Source: a virus
Reading direction: 5' to 3' (one strand)
IMG/VR virus record: IMGVR_UViG_3300045747_000454
Location: 1-64,000 of that record
DNA: 64,000 nt
Every line of letters begins with the position of its first letter. Position 1 is the first letter of the stretch. This document shows positions 7,076-16,034 of the stretch, piece after piece. The translations under genes and the position numbers were made by a program. The notes beneath the pieces are model-generated. The model was not told the origin of the DNA and searched no databases. It saw only the letters and a list, made by a program, of their open reading frames with translations.

Positions 7076-9999
7076 TGAGCTACGTCGGCGCAGCGTTCTC
7101 CTACGATGACGACAAGGTCCTCGTGTGGGAGCGCACCGACCCGGCGCAACGGGTCCTCAAGCGCATCGATGCGCCGCGGTACTTCTACGTGCCGGCGGAG
7201 GACGGTCCGCACGAGAGCATCTTCGGCGAACGGCTTGAGCGCCTTGACTTCGACACCGTCGATGACTTCAACCTTGCACTGAAGCAGTACCGCAACAAGC
7301 ACGAGTCGGACATTCAACCCCTGTTCAAGGTGTTGATGAACGACTACTACGGCAAGCCGCTGCCCGTGCTCAACTTCGCCTTCGTCGACATCGAAACCGA
7401 CACGCGCAAGGCGATTGGTTGGTCGACCGTGGCGAACCCGTACGCTGCGATCAACGCCGTCACGATCTACCAGTCGTGGACTGGCGACTACATCACGCTG
7501 CTCCTCCCGCCGAAGGGCTACGACACGAAGAACTTTCAACGTGACGTTGCGCTCGAGCTGGCGAAGCTTGAGCTCGACTTCGTGCCGAAGTTCAAGCTGT
7601 GTCGCGATGAGACCGAGCTGCTCACGCTCTACGTCGAGGCCATTCAGAACGCCGACATCATCTCAGGGTGGAACTCGGAGTTCTTCGACATCCCCTACAC
7701 GATGAAGCGGCTCGAGCGCATCAAGCCAGCGCTGCTGAAGAAGATGAGCTTTCTCGGCGCTCGCGCTCCGAAGGCTCAGACCGTGCTGCGCTTCGGCGAA
7801 GAGGCGATCACCTACAAGCTCTACGGTCGAACGCACCTCGACTATCTGGACCTCTTCAAGAAGTTCGCGCAGGACGTGAAGTACCCAACGTACTCGCTCG
7901 GCTTCGTCGGCGAGGCTGAGGTCGGCGCGCCGAAGATTCACTTTGACGAGCACTTCGAGGACTTCTACAACTACAACTTCGTCAAGTTCGCGTGCTACAA
8001 TGCTCGCGACGTTGACATTCTGGTCAAGATCAACAAGAAGCGCAAGCTGCTGCAGCTGGTCAACGCGATGGCGCACGACAACACGTGCCTCTTCGAGAAC
8101 CTCCTCGGCACCGTGCGCTACGTTGAGACCGCGCTCGTCAATCGCGCTCACCGCATTCACAATCAGATCACCCGCGACAAGATCACTCAGCTCAGCGATG
8201 GGCCGGTGGATGGTGCGCTCGTGCTTGACACGGTCGCTGGTCTGTGGAAGTGGTTGGGCTCAGTCGACATCAACTCGCTGTACCCGTCAGTCATTCGTGC
8301 GCTGAACATCTCGCCTGAGATGATCGTCGGCAACTTCATCAGCGGCAACTGCCGGCAAGAGCTGAAGTCGAATGGTCTGCGCTTCGTGCCCGAGAACAAC
8401 TCGCAGCTGCCCGACTGGAAGCGTGCGCTGATCAGTCGCAACTTCGATCGCAAGAACCCGAATCGTCCGCCAGACTCTGGTGGCACGACGGATGGCGAGT
8501 ACGACTGGGCTGGCATCATCGAGGGCGATGACCTGCCGCACACGCTGCGCCTTGGTGAGGTTGGCAAGAAACTGCTTGAGACCGATGAGGATGAGCTGAC
8601 CTTCACTGGCGCCGAGTGGCTCGACGTGATGACGGCACAGCAGTGGGCGCTCTCCGCCTTCGGCACGATGTTCGATCAGTCCCGTGGCCTTGGCATCATT
8701 CCAAAGGCGCTTGAAGCCTGGTACGCCGAGCGCAAGGCGCTGCAAGCTCAGAAGAAGCATTGGCAGACTGAGCACAAGCGTCTTCTCAAGGAGGGTGCAC
8801 CGCAAGCCGAGATCGACGCCGCTGAGGTGAAGGTCGAAGACTTTGAGCTGATGCAGATGTCGAAGAAGCTCACGCTGAACTCGACGTACGGCGCCATGCT
8901 CTCACCACACTTCGGCCTCGGTCGCAAGGAGATGGGTGCGTCGGTGACGGCGTGTGGTCGTGCTATCACGAACCACATGATCAAGACGATCGCGCAGGAG
9001 ATCACTGGCAAGACTGCTGAGGTCACGTGGTACTACGGCATCTCAGAGAAGCACGAGGACGAGAGCGGTGAAGTCAGATTCACCAACGGCAAGCGCTCAA
9101 GCTGCTTCATCGTCGACAATCAAACGATCAGCGACGTGACGCTGCTGTCCGACACCGACTCGTGCTACTTCCGAACGCTGCGCAACAACAAGGCCGACGC
9201 CATCGCTCGTGCTGACGAGATCGCTGACATCGTGAACGACGGCTTCCCAGAGTTCATGCGGTACACGTTCCGCTGCACCTCCGACAAGTACGACTCGCTC
9301 ATCAAGGCCGGACGTGAAATCGTCGGTCGTCGTGGTCTGTTCCTCGACGCCAAGAAGAAGTACACGATTCGCGTCGTGGACCTCGACGGCTTCGAAGTGC
9401 ACAAGCTGAAGATGATGGGCAGCGAGCTGAAGAAGGTCGACACGCCGAAGGTCATTCAAGACTTCCTCAAGGGTCTGCTCGAGATGATTCTCGACTGTCC
9501 AGACGAGCTCGAGGGTGATCTTGAGAGCGCACTCGAGGGCTACGTCAACTCGAAGCGTCGTGAGCTTGTGTTCAAGGTCGAGAACCCAATCGTGCTTGGC
9601 GCCGCCAAGGGCATCAACGGTCTCGATCAGTACTACGCCGAGTGGAAGCGAACTGAGAAGATTGGCAACGGCAAGTGCAAGCTGCCAGGCCACGTTCGTG
9701 CCGCCATCAACTACAACGAGATGGTCGAGCACTTCGAGGGCACGAGCGGCAAGCAGATTCGAGCCGGCGACAAGGGTCTCATCTTCTATCTGAAGCCGAA
9801 TGACTTCGGGCTCAAGTCGATCGCGATCCCAGTTGACTTCGACCACTTCCCAAAGTGGTTCGACGAGCACTTCACGATTGACCGTGCCATCACAGAAGCC
9901 AAGATGATCGACAGCAAGATCGAAGGCACCTACGAAGCGTTGGGCTGGGAAGTTCCCAATCCACAGCGCACCCTAGCAAAGAAGATACTGGAGTTCTGA
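7075..9999 (+). CDS. gp43: family B DNA polymerase (gp43-like)
   Basis: Exo motifs DIET, GWNSEFFDIPY, YNARDV; polymerase motifs DINSLYPS, KLTLNSTYG, SDTDS, KKKY. Confidence 0.97.
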   Translation: MSYVGAAFSYDDDKVLVWERTDPAQRVLKRIDAPRYFYVPAEDGPHESIFGERLERLDFDTVDDFNLALKQYRNKHESDIQPLFKVLMNDYYGKPLPVLNFAFVDIETDTRKAIGWSTVANPYAAINAVTIYQSWTGDYITLLLPPKGYDTKNFQRDVALELAKLELDFVPKFKLCRDETELLTLYVEAIQNADIISGWNSEFFDIPYTMKRLERIKPALLKKMSFLGARAPKAQTVLRFGEEAITYKLYGRTHLDYLDLFKKFAQDVKYPTYSLGFVGEAEVGAPKIHFDEHFEDFYNYNFVKFACYNARDVDILVKINKKRKLLQLVNAMAHDNTCLFENLLGTVRYVETALVNRAHRIHNQITRDKITQLSDGPVDGALVLDTVAGLWKWLGSVDINSLYPSVIRALNISPEMIVGNFISGNCRQELKSNGLRFVPENNSQLPDWKRALISRNFDRKNPNRPPDSGGTTDGEYDWAGIIEGDDLPHTLRLGEVGKKLLETDEDELTFTGAEWLDVMTAQQWALSAFGTMFDQSRGLGIIPKALEAWYAERKALQAQKKHWQTEHKRLLKEGAPQAEIDAAEVKVEDFELMQMSKKLTLNSTYGAMLSPHFGLGRKEMGASVTACGRAITNHMIKTIAQEITGKTAEVTWYYGISEKHEDESGEVRFTNGKRSSCFIVDNQTISDVTLLSDTDSCYFRTLRNNKADAIARADEIADIVNDGFPEFMRYTFRCTSDKYDSLIKAGREIVGRRGLFLDAKKKYTIRVVDLDGFEVHKLKMMGSELKKVDTPKVIQDFLKGLLEMILDCPDELEGDLESALEGYVNSKRRELVFKVENPIVLGAAKGINGLDQYYAEWKRTEKIGNGKCKLPGHVRAAINYNEMVEHFEGTSGKQIRAGDKGLIFYLKPNDFGLKSIAIPVDFDHFPKWFDEHFTIDRAITEAKMIDSKIEGTYEALGWEVPNPQRTLAKKILEF

Positions 10000-10000
10000 A

Positions 10001-10408
10001 ATGATTCGAAGCAAGCGCGCTCGCGATCGCCTACTCGCGCTGATCGACAAGGACTGCGGTTCGAAGTCGACGGTCTATGATCCTCGCTACCCGTCGGCGC
10101 TCAACACCGACCACATGTACTGCCGGTACATCCCGCCGTTGAAGATTCAGCACCTCAAGATGCCGGTGATGCAGGCGCACGAGCCGCGAATGCTGTCCGA
10201 CATGACGTCTGGTCTTCATCCGCGCATCGGCGAACCCTACCGTCGGCTCAAGATGCTGACGGCGGATGCCGTCGCCTGGGATCGCAACCCGTGCAGTGAG
10301 GTTGCGCTGCCTGGTCCTAGCCATCCTGCAATCGAGATGAAGATGCCGTCGATTGAGGATATGATGCTTTACAACAACCTTGACAACGACTACGACATCC
10401 CCGTATGA
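10001..10408 (+). CDS. hypothetical protein containing an NPCSE motif
   Basis: SD GGAG; fills the gap between polymerase and clamp. Confidence 0.7.
   Translation: MIRSKRARDRLLALIDKDCGSKSTVYDPRYPSALNTDHMYCRYIPPLKIQHLKMPVMQAHEPRMLSDMTSGLHPRIGEPYRRLKMLTADAVAWDRNPCSEVALPGPSHPAIEMKMPSIEDMMLYNNLDNDYDIPV
10325..10365 (+). promoter_or_regulatory. CCTR-box promoter (clamp)
   Basis: CCTG at 10325; TATGAT at 10360 (offset 35). Confidence 0.6.
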
Positions 10409-11130
10409 AGCTCTCTCGCCCTGACATCGACAACATCCGTGCCGCCCTCGTGGTGTGTCGCGCCGCTGGCATCGAATCCGTCGTCATCACCGACAACAAG
10501 GTTCGTGGCACGACGCCGACCACCAAGGTAAGCATCATCAGCGACGTGCCGCTGTCCTTCGACTCCAAGCTCGTCATCGGCATCGGGCGCGTCGACGACT
10601 TCGCAAGTCGTCTAGCACTGTTCCCGACTGACATCGCCATCGAGGGCAAGGAGAACGACACCGGCGCCGTGTCGCTGCTGACCATCACCGGTGGTCGCTC
10701 GCGCATTCAGTTCCGCTGCACCGCCGAACGCCTCATCAAGTATCCGAAGGCGAACAACGACGAGGCGGTCGCCTACGTCAAGGCGTCCAAGGGCGAGGTG
10801 CAGCAGCTCGTGCGCGCCATCAAGACCCTCGGGTCCGAGACGTTCGTGCTCGCCATCGGGCGTGACGGTATTGTTCGCCTCGAGTCGACCTCGCCGACGA
10901 ACGAAACCTTCGCGATGGAGCTCGCCGAACCTGTGGTCTTCGAGTCCGACCCGCAGGGAGTTGTACATACCTATGAGGGTGGTCGCGTGGCGTCAACTCT
11001 CGACCTCGCAGTTCGTGAGGTCGATGACGTCACACTGATCGTCGGCGAGATGGGTTCACTGACCTTCACCGCCGGTGGTCAGACAATGGTCGCGATCCCC
11101 GATGCAAACCAGGAGGATGACGATGAGTGA
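10405..11130 (+). CDS. DNA polymerase sliding clamp (gp45-like)
   Basis: 241 aa with a two-domain alpha/beta clamp-like pattern; position next to the polymerase; own promoter at 10325-10365. Confidence 0.6.
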   Translation: MKLSRPDIDNIRAALVVCRAAGIESVVITDNKVRGTTPTTKVSIISDVPLSFDSKLVIGIGRVDDFASRLALFPTDIAIEGKENDTGAVSLLTITGGRSRIQFRCTAERLIKYPKANNDEAVAYVKASKGEVQQLVRAIKTLGSETFVLAIGRDGIVRLESTSPTNETFAMELAEPVVFESDPQGVVHTYEGGRVASTLDLAVREVDDVTLIVGEMGSLTFTAGGQTMVAIPDANQEDDDE

Positions 11131-11482
11131 TTTTGACCTTCGCCGTGTTGGCGAGATGGCTACGCTTGAAGAGCACCTGCGCGCCACGCAGGAGAATGGG
11201 CGTGATGCTACACTGCTCGCAGAGCGTTGGACGCCGCGATTCACCTCGTTCGTGGATGGCGAGGTCGTGAAGATTTCGCTGCAGTACGATGGGCGGGCAG
11301 TCAGCGCCGTCTACAAGGCGAAGGACCTCGTCAACACCGACGTGACCTCCGCCACAACGCAGGTGCTTGAGACGCTCTTCACCGCGCTCATCTCCGACGC
11401 GCTGCGTCCGCTGTGCACCGCCGAGGTCGCCAAGGCGAAGGCGGCAGCTGAATCGCTTCGAAGCGTTGGGAGTCGGTGGTGA
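11123..11482 (+). CDS. hypothetical protein
   Basis: SD AGGAGG at 11111-11116 supports ATG 11123. Confidence 0.75.
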   Translation: MSDFDLRRVGEMATLEEHLRATQENGRDATLLAERWTPRFTSFVDGEVVKISLQYDGRAVSAVYKAKDLVNTDVTSATTQVLETLFTALISDALRPLCTAEVAKAKAAAESLRSVGSRW

Positions 11483-11832
11483 GCCTTTGGTCACGCATTC
11501 GCTCCTACTTCAGCCTCGGCAAGACGGTTGATGCGGCTGCTGCTCGTCAAGCCTTTCTTGACTATCAGCAGTCGCTCGAGACGCCGTGGGCTTCCTTCGA
11601 GATCGTGGACTTCAACGGCGAGCACGGCGTCAAGGTCGAGTTCACGTGGAACGCTGCATTCATCACGAAGATTCAAGAGCTTGGCTTTCACGCTGAGACG
11701 GAGGACGACAGCGTTCAGCTGTTCTTCTACGCCTCATCGATGCGCCCAACCAGCCTCGATGACATCGACGAGCCTGTTCAATCCGCAGCACACCCTCAGC
11801 TCACAGGCGAGGGGAACAGGCTTCAGACGTGA
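11479..11832 (+). CDS. hypothetical protein
   Basis: GTGA overlap; PW..VEFTWNAAFI..LGF pattern recalled from large T4-like phages. Confidence 0.7.
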   Translation: MSLWSRIRSYFSLGKTVDAAAARQAFLDYQQSLETPWASFEIVDFNGEHGVKVEFTWNAAFITKIQELGFHAETEDDSVQLFFYASSMRPTSLDDIDEPVQSAAHPQLTGEGNRLQT

Positions 11833-12155
11833 CGAGCGATGCCACCGTCGAGCGCATGAAGAACATCGTGACGTTCTGCACGCACATCGACTTTCCACAC
11901 GCTCACGTCGAGCTCAAGCTGCAAGAGGTCATTCCAACGCTGCCAAGCCTTGAGGACGCCGAGATCATCATGTGGATTCGCTCCACGTGGTGGCGAGCTG
12001 CCGAGCTCCCATCGTGGCAAATGTTGCACACACGAGCCCGTGAGGTGCTGACAATGCGTAACGGTGTAACGAGGGCGACTCAGCAATTGCGTGGCCTGAA
12101 CGTCCCAAGACGTGATATAATGTACTTCAACACAGGCAATTTGCCGCAGGACTAA
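11829..12155 (+). CDS. hypothetical protein
   Basis: GTGA-coupled ORF. Confidence 0.6.
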   Translation: MTSDATVERMKNIVTFCTHIDFPHAHVELKLQEVIPTLPSLEDAEIIMWIRSTWWRAAELPSWQMLHTRAREVLTMRNGVTRATQQLRGLNVPRRDIMYFNTGNLPQD

Positions 12156-12158
12156 TTC

Positions 12159-13199
12159 ATGAAACGTCTCGTTGTCGATACAGCTAACCTGCTGTTCCGC
12201 GTCGCTGCAGCCCACGGCAAGTACAACGCCAAGCCTGGCGGCGATCCCAAGGAGCAAGCCGGGCTGGCGATGCATATGTCGCTCATGGCCCTCAAGGCTC
12301 AGTACAACCGCTTCAAGCCTGACCAGGTTGCCATCACCTTCGAGGGTGGCTCCAACTGGCGCAAGTCGCACACTCGTGGCGAGCGCGAGCAAGCTGCGGT
12401 CAGCGGTCGCCTCTACAAGGGCAATCGGGTCAAGGACGACTCGATGATTCCGTACTTCGAGCTCATGGACTCCTTCAAGCAGCTCGCATCCGAGCACACC
12501 TCGCTCGTCGTGCTGCAACACCCACTGCTCGAAGGCGACGACTGCGTCGCTGGCTACGCTCGCAAGTACTCGGCGCTTGGCGACGAGGTCATCGTCCTCT
12601 CCGACGACAAGGACTTCGTCACGCTGCTTCAATTGCCTGGCGTCAAGCTCGTTCGTCCTGACGGCACCTTCCGTGGTCTCGACAAGGTCACCAAGCTCCC
12701 CATCGATCCCAAGTTCTTCATGTACGAAAAGGCCTTCCGTGGCGACGTTGGCGATAACGTGCTTCCGGCCTATCCCAAGGTGCGCACGACCAAGCTGCAA
12801 GCGGCCTACGACGCTCTTCAAAAGGGCGACACGTACCTGCACAGCAACCTCATGAACGCCACCTGGGACTTCACTGACCCTGAGACCGGCGCCACTCGCA
12901 CCTTCCGTGTCGGCGACCTCTACGAGGAAAACATCATCCTCATGGACCTCGTCAACGGCCAGCCAGCCGACATTCAGGAGCTGCTCGAGCAAACCATCGA
13001 CCACGCCGTTGTCAATCACGGCACCTTCAGCTTGTTCCAGTTCCAACGGTTCTGCGGCAAGTTCTCGCTCAAGAAGATTGGTGACGAGGTCACCAACTTC
13101 ATTCCGCTGCTCTCCAGCACTGGCATCAACTCGCCGCACAAGGCCGAGACGAAGGCAATCGCCGCCGAGAAGAAGCGCAAGTCAACCCTGGTGTTCTGA
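12159..13199 (+). CDS. rnh: T4 RNase H / 5'-3' flap exonuclease
   Basis: VDTAN, YKGNR, EGDD, SDDKDF, GDVGDNV motifs. Confidence 0.92.
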   Translation: MKRLVVDTANLLFRVAAAHGKYNAKPGGDPKEQAGLAMHMSLMALKAQYNRFKPDQVAITFEGGSNWRKSHTRGEREQAAVSGRLYKGNRVKDDSMIPYFELMDSFKQLASEHTSLVVLQHPLLEGDDCVAGYARKYSALGDEVIVLSDDKDFVTLLQLPGVKLVRPDGTFRGLDKVTKLPIDPKFFMYEKAFRGDVGDNVLPAYPKVRTTKLQAAYDALQKGDTYLHSNLMNATWDFTDPETGATRTFRVGDLYEENIILMDLVNGQPADIQELLEQTIDHAVVNHGTFSLFQFQRFCGKFSLKKIGDEVTNFIPLLSSTGINSPHKAETKAIAAEKKRKSTLVF

Positions 13200-13200
13200 C

Positions 13201-13437
13201 ATGGAAGTCATCGTCAACGGAATAGGTGGTCACGGCTACGAGGTCGAGGTCATTCGCCGAGCCCTCGAAGCGGCTGGCATCATCGTCATCATGGACAAGA
13301 CCACCAAGGACTGCTGGTCCATTCGCGACTGGCGCCTCGAGAAGAATCTCGTGCACGACGAGCGTGAGCGCATGCGCCGCTACGAGATCGAGCGCGTGGT
13401 CGTGCTGAAGGCTGGTCACACGCCGTGGGGTGGGTGA
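13201..13437 (+). CDS. small hypothetical protein (ends HTPWGG)
   Basis: ATG immediately after the rnh stop; typical codon use. Confidence 0.7.
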   Translation: MEVIVNGIGGHGYEVEVIRRALEAAGIIVIMDKTTKDCWSIRDWRLEKNLVHDERERMRRYEIERVVVLKAGHTPWGG

Positions 13438-13440
13438 ACC

Positions 13441-14235
13441 TTAGATGATGTCGGTGCATGATAGCACTGACCAGCCCTTTGATGCGCCACGCGACACAGG
13501 TGTTGTGTCGCGCGTTGTTGCCTTGTTTCGAAGCGCATAGTACGACAGCTCGTGCTCAATGCAGAAGTCATTGCACGCCGATGTCAGGTGCAACTTGCCA
13601 GACGGCGATTGCAGCGACCAAGTCTTAGACATACCATTCTTAGCCCCGCGACGTTGTCGTGCTGCTTCACGATGACTTTCTGGTATGCCGCGTGCCCAGC
13701 GCTCTTGTGCGCGTTGACGCATGTTCTCGCGATGCTCGACAGAAAATACTCGGTCTTTCTGACTTTCGCTGCGCAATGCACGAAGCTCTGGTGTGTACGA
13801 TGCGGCAATGGCATTAGACAGATTTTGTCTAGCTTCATCTGTGATTGGCGCACGGTTTCGCTGAGACACAGACATCTTCGCGCGAGTTTCGTCCGTATGC
13901 CCGCGTGGGATATTCTTCACGAAGATTTCGTATAGGTGCCCATTCGGTGTGTGGCGTGGCATTGTCTTAGTGCCACGACGCATCGAGTGGAATGCGAAGT
14001 GCATCTTTCTCTTCGCATCGCCGTCCAACATCTTCGTCAACAGCAAATGGGCAATGAAGTGTTCGCGCGGCGTAAAGAGAACGAGGTTGACCTTCGTGTT
14101 TTTGCCACCAAGACACTTTGGGTGGATGTGGTGTGCTTCATAGTATTCGTCGCCCTTCGTACGAGGCAGCTCTTGCCTCGACCCCGTCAGCTCAAAATAC
14201 CAACGAGCGTATTTGTTGACCTTAGGTTCAAACAT
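13441..14235 (-). mobile_element. free-standing HNH homing endonuclease with NUMOD3 repeats
   Basis: EAHHIHPKCLGGKN..NLVLFTPREHFIAH; HTDETRAKMS, FSVEHRENM repeats; SD GGAG and TATAAATA at 14260-14267 (-). Confidence 0.92.
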
Positions 14236-14259
14236 AGGTTCTCCAGTTGTGTCATCTTT

Positions 14260-14267
14260 TATTTATA
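14260..14267 (-). promoter_or_regulatory. T4-type late promoter TATAAATA (HNH gene)
   Basis: Exact consensus on the - strand, 25 nt before the ATG. Confidence 0.8.
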
Positions 14268-14339
14268 GATTGCAGGGACTGCAGGCGGTTGTAAATACAA
14301 CCTGTATGTGGGATGTCCCTGCAACTGACTGGAGTTAAA

Positions 14340-14768
14340 ATGGCAAAGATCGAAAAGCGACCGACGGAAATGAGGCATGTTTTCCTGATCGATTGGGATG
14401 ACAATGGCATCTACAAGGAAATTGCCCTCGTCATGGAAGCCGGTGACGGTACGCTGTACGGCATCGAGGTCGAGAAGCTTCACCCGCTCGACAAGGGTCG
14501 TCTGAAGAAGTTCCTCGTGTCGGTCCACGCTGACAAGTACCCGCTGTGGGAGCTGCTCTCACAAGGTCGCCTGAACAACGGCGTCAACCCACTCGACTTC
14601 TTCCACACCAACTACGTCAAGGTCAAGCGTCCACGCGGCGCTGTGCTCGGTGGCGGCCTGGCCACGGTCGAGGTCTACACGGCTGAGCGTCAGATCGGCT
14701 CCGAGTTCGCCGACCCACGTGGTGGCGTCGTCTCGAACGAAGTTCCGTCCGCCTTCGCGGGGCGATAA
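14340..14768 (+). CDS. late hypothetical protein
   Basis: SD GGAG before ATG 14340; late promoter TGTAAATA at 14290-14297. Confidence 0.8.
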   Translation: MAKIEKRPTEMRHVFLIDWDDNGIYKEIALVMEAGDGTLYGIEVEKLHPLDKGRLKKFLVSVHADKYPLWELLSQGRLNNGVNPLDFFHTNYVKVKRPRGAVLGGGLATVEVYTAERQIGSEFADPRGGVVSNEVPSAFAGR

Positions 14769-14775
14769 GCGTAAC

Positions 14776-14802
14776 CGCTCGTCCTAAAACCTAGGACGAG
14801 CG
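14776..14802 (+). terminator. stem-loop CGCTCGTCCTA-aaacc-TAGGACGAGCG (terminator or operator)
   Basis: Perfect 11-bp inverted repeat after the stop codon; no U-tract; overlaps the CCTA box. Confidence 0.45.
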
Positions 14803-14845
14803 CCGCCTTAACCTTGGTATAATAGAGCTAGGTTGGACCTAAATA
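14783..14845 (+). promoter_or_regulatory. CCTR-box promoter plus late promoter (SLT gene)
   Basis: CCTA at 14783; TATAAT at 14818 (offset 35); CCTAAATA at 14838-14845. Confidence 0.65.
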
Positions 14846-14877
14846 CTGGTCCCACCAACTTTAACCAAGGTGTGACC

Positions 14878-15498
14878 ATGAAAAAAGTTCTATCAATGCT
14901 GGCATTGGTGACGATGCTGGCAATCATTGCGGCCTTCGCCCTCTTTTCCCACGTTCCAAAGTCTGCTCCGTCCTCCGTCATCGGCGAGAAGAGTGCGGGT
15001 GGTGTTGCTGTCGTGATGCCAGAGCGCGTGTCGATGTCGCAAGCGAAGATGCTGGCGACAGCCTATGACATCGCCAAGGCCGACGGCCACAAGGAGCCAG
15101 AGCTCGTGCAAGCCGTGCTGCTTCAAGAAACGCAGGCCGGCGCCAACCCGTCGTACAAGGTCGCCAATCCAGGCGCCGACGCCTACTTCGGGCCGATGCA
15201 GATCAAGCTCGCCGCAGCCCGCGACGTCCTGTCCAAGTGGCCGCAGCTCTTCGCTCAGTACGGCTTCCACACGCGCACCGACGACGAGGTCAAGGCCAAT
15301 CTGATTCTCAACGAGCACTTCAACATCGAGGTCGGGTCCAAGTACCTCCTCGTGCTGCAGCGCGACTACGGCTATCACGGTGAAGCGCTGCTCGTGGCCT
15401 ACAACAAGGGCCCGGGTGCTGCCGTCGGGATGACGAGCTCACCGTACTCGACCGGCGCGCTGGCCAAGCTGAACCAGCGCAAGGCTCGCAAGGCCTAA
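14878..15498 (+). CDS. lytic transglycosylase (SLT) with N-terminal signal/anchor
   Basis: LQETQAG (catalytic E), GPMQI, NIEVGSKYL, AYNKGPG; hydrophobic N-terminus. Confidence 0.88.
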   Translation: MKKVLSMLALVTMLAIIAAFALFSHVPKSAPSSVIGEKSAGGVAVVMPERVSMSQAKMLATAYDIAKADGHKEPELVQAVLLQETQAGANPSYKVANPGADAYFGPMQIKLAAARDVLSKWPQLFAQYGFHTRTDDEVKANLILNEHFNIEVGSKYLLVLQRDYGYHGEALLVAYNKGPGAAVGMTSSPYSTGALAKLNQRKARKA

Positions 15499-15499
15499 A

Positions 15500-15539
15500 C
15501 CTGCTCCTCGGACGAGGAGCCTGTTCGAGCCGGTATAAT
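15500..15539 (+). promoter_or_regulatory. CCTR-box promoter (ORF 15546 and primase)
   Basis: CCTG at 15500; TATAAT at 15534 (offset 34). Confidence 0.7.
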
Positions 15540-15545
15540 AGCCGT

Positions 15546-16034
15546 ATGAACAAGCTCCTCTCACTTACTAAAGGCGTCGTCACGCAGGACGACCTCGCGT
15601 TCGGCGAAGCACCACGCTACGGTGATGTCAGCTACGGTCTGGCAATCGAGCTAGCGCTCAAGCGACAGCTCGGTGAGCTGTCCGTGAGCGTGTCGACCTA
15701 CAATCACGCGCCATTTGCCTTCGTCTGTGAAGACTGGGGCAAGGGTCTCATTCGGTGCGAAGCTGATGGCGTCTATCGCCTCAACAGCACTGAGCTCGAG
15801 GTTGCTCGCACCGAGGTTCAGAATGGGCATCCATTCCCAATGGTTCTCGCGTGTCGAACCGAGCGGCGCAACGACGAGTACCTCGTTCGTGGCGTTGTCC
15901 ACTTCGCTGACGTGCTGAAGAACGACAAGCTGCACGAGTCGAACTTTCGCACTTGGGTCAAGCGCGTGAGCGGCTGGCGCGACGAGCGCTGCCACTACTT
16001 TCTCCACACTCAAATCAAACGTCTTCTCAAGTGA
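15546..16034 (+). CDS. hypothetical protein (possibly degenerate restriction-endonuclease fold); probably leaderless
   Basis: ATG lies 7 nt after the end of TATAAT (15534-15539); GLAIE helix motif but no clear PD..(D/E)xK. Confidence 0.65.
   Translation: MNKLLSLTKGVVTQDDLAFGEAPRYGDVSYGLAIELALKRQLGELSVSVSTYNHAPFAFVCEDWGKGLIRCEADGVYRLNSTELEVARTEVQNGHPFPMVLACRTERRNDEYLVRGVVHFADVLKNDKLHESNFRTWVKRVSGWRDERCHYFLHTQIKRLLK

Noticed and set aside
8311-8690. Intein or intron in the DNA polymerase
   Set aside because: The ORF is continuous with no intein N-terminal block, HN/C junction or LAGLIDADG motifs; it looks like an ordinary insertion.
10001-10408. Annotating this ORF as ribonucleotide reductase
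   Set aside because: Only the NPCSE octapeptide matches; 135 aa cannot form the RNR barrel.
11176-11214. Ninth CCTR-box promoter (CCTG 11176, TACACT 11209)
   Set aside because: Offset is 33 rather than 34-35, the -10 is weaker and the site is mid-gene.
11823-13139. 438-aa antisense ORF, and similar long shadow ORFs (9097-9870, 19481-20317, 21157-21957, 35823-36866, 43314-44234, 44811-45668, 63243-63845)
   Set aside because: They lie opposite well-supported genes, show no motifs or SD, and are expected from biased codon use in GC-rich DNA.
15953-16030. N-terminal extensions in the ORF track (primase 15953; also 12907, 14313, 14833, 25832, 27931, 52795, 62205, 62806)
   Set aside because: Downstream starts have SD sequences or stop/start coupling, and most extensions overlap other genes or promoters.
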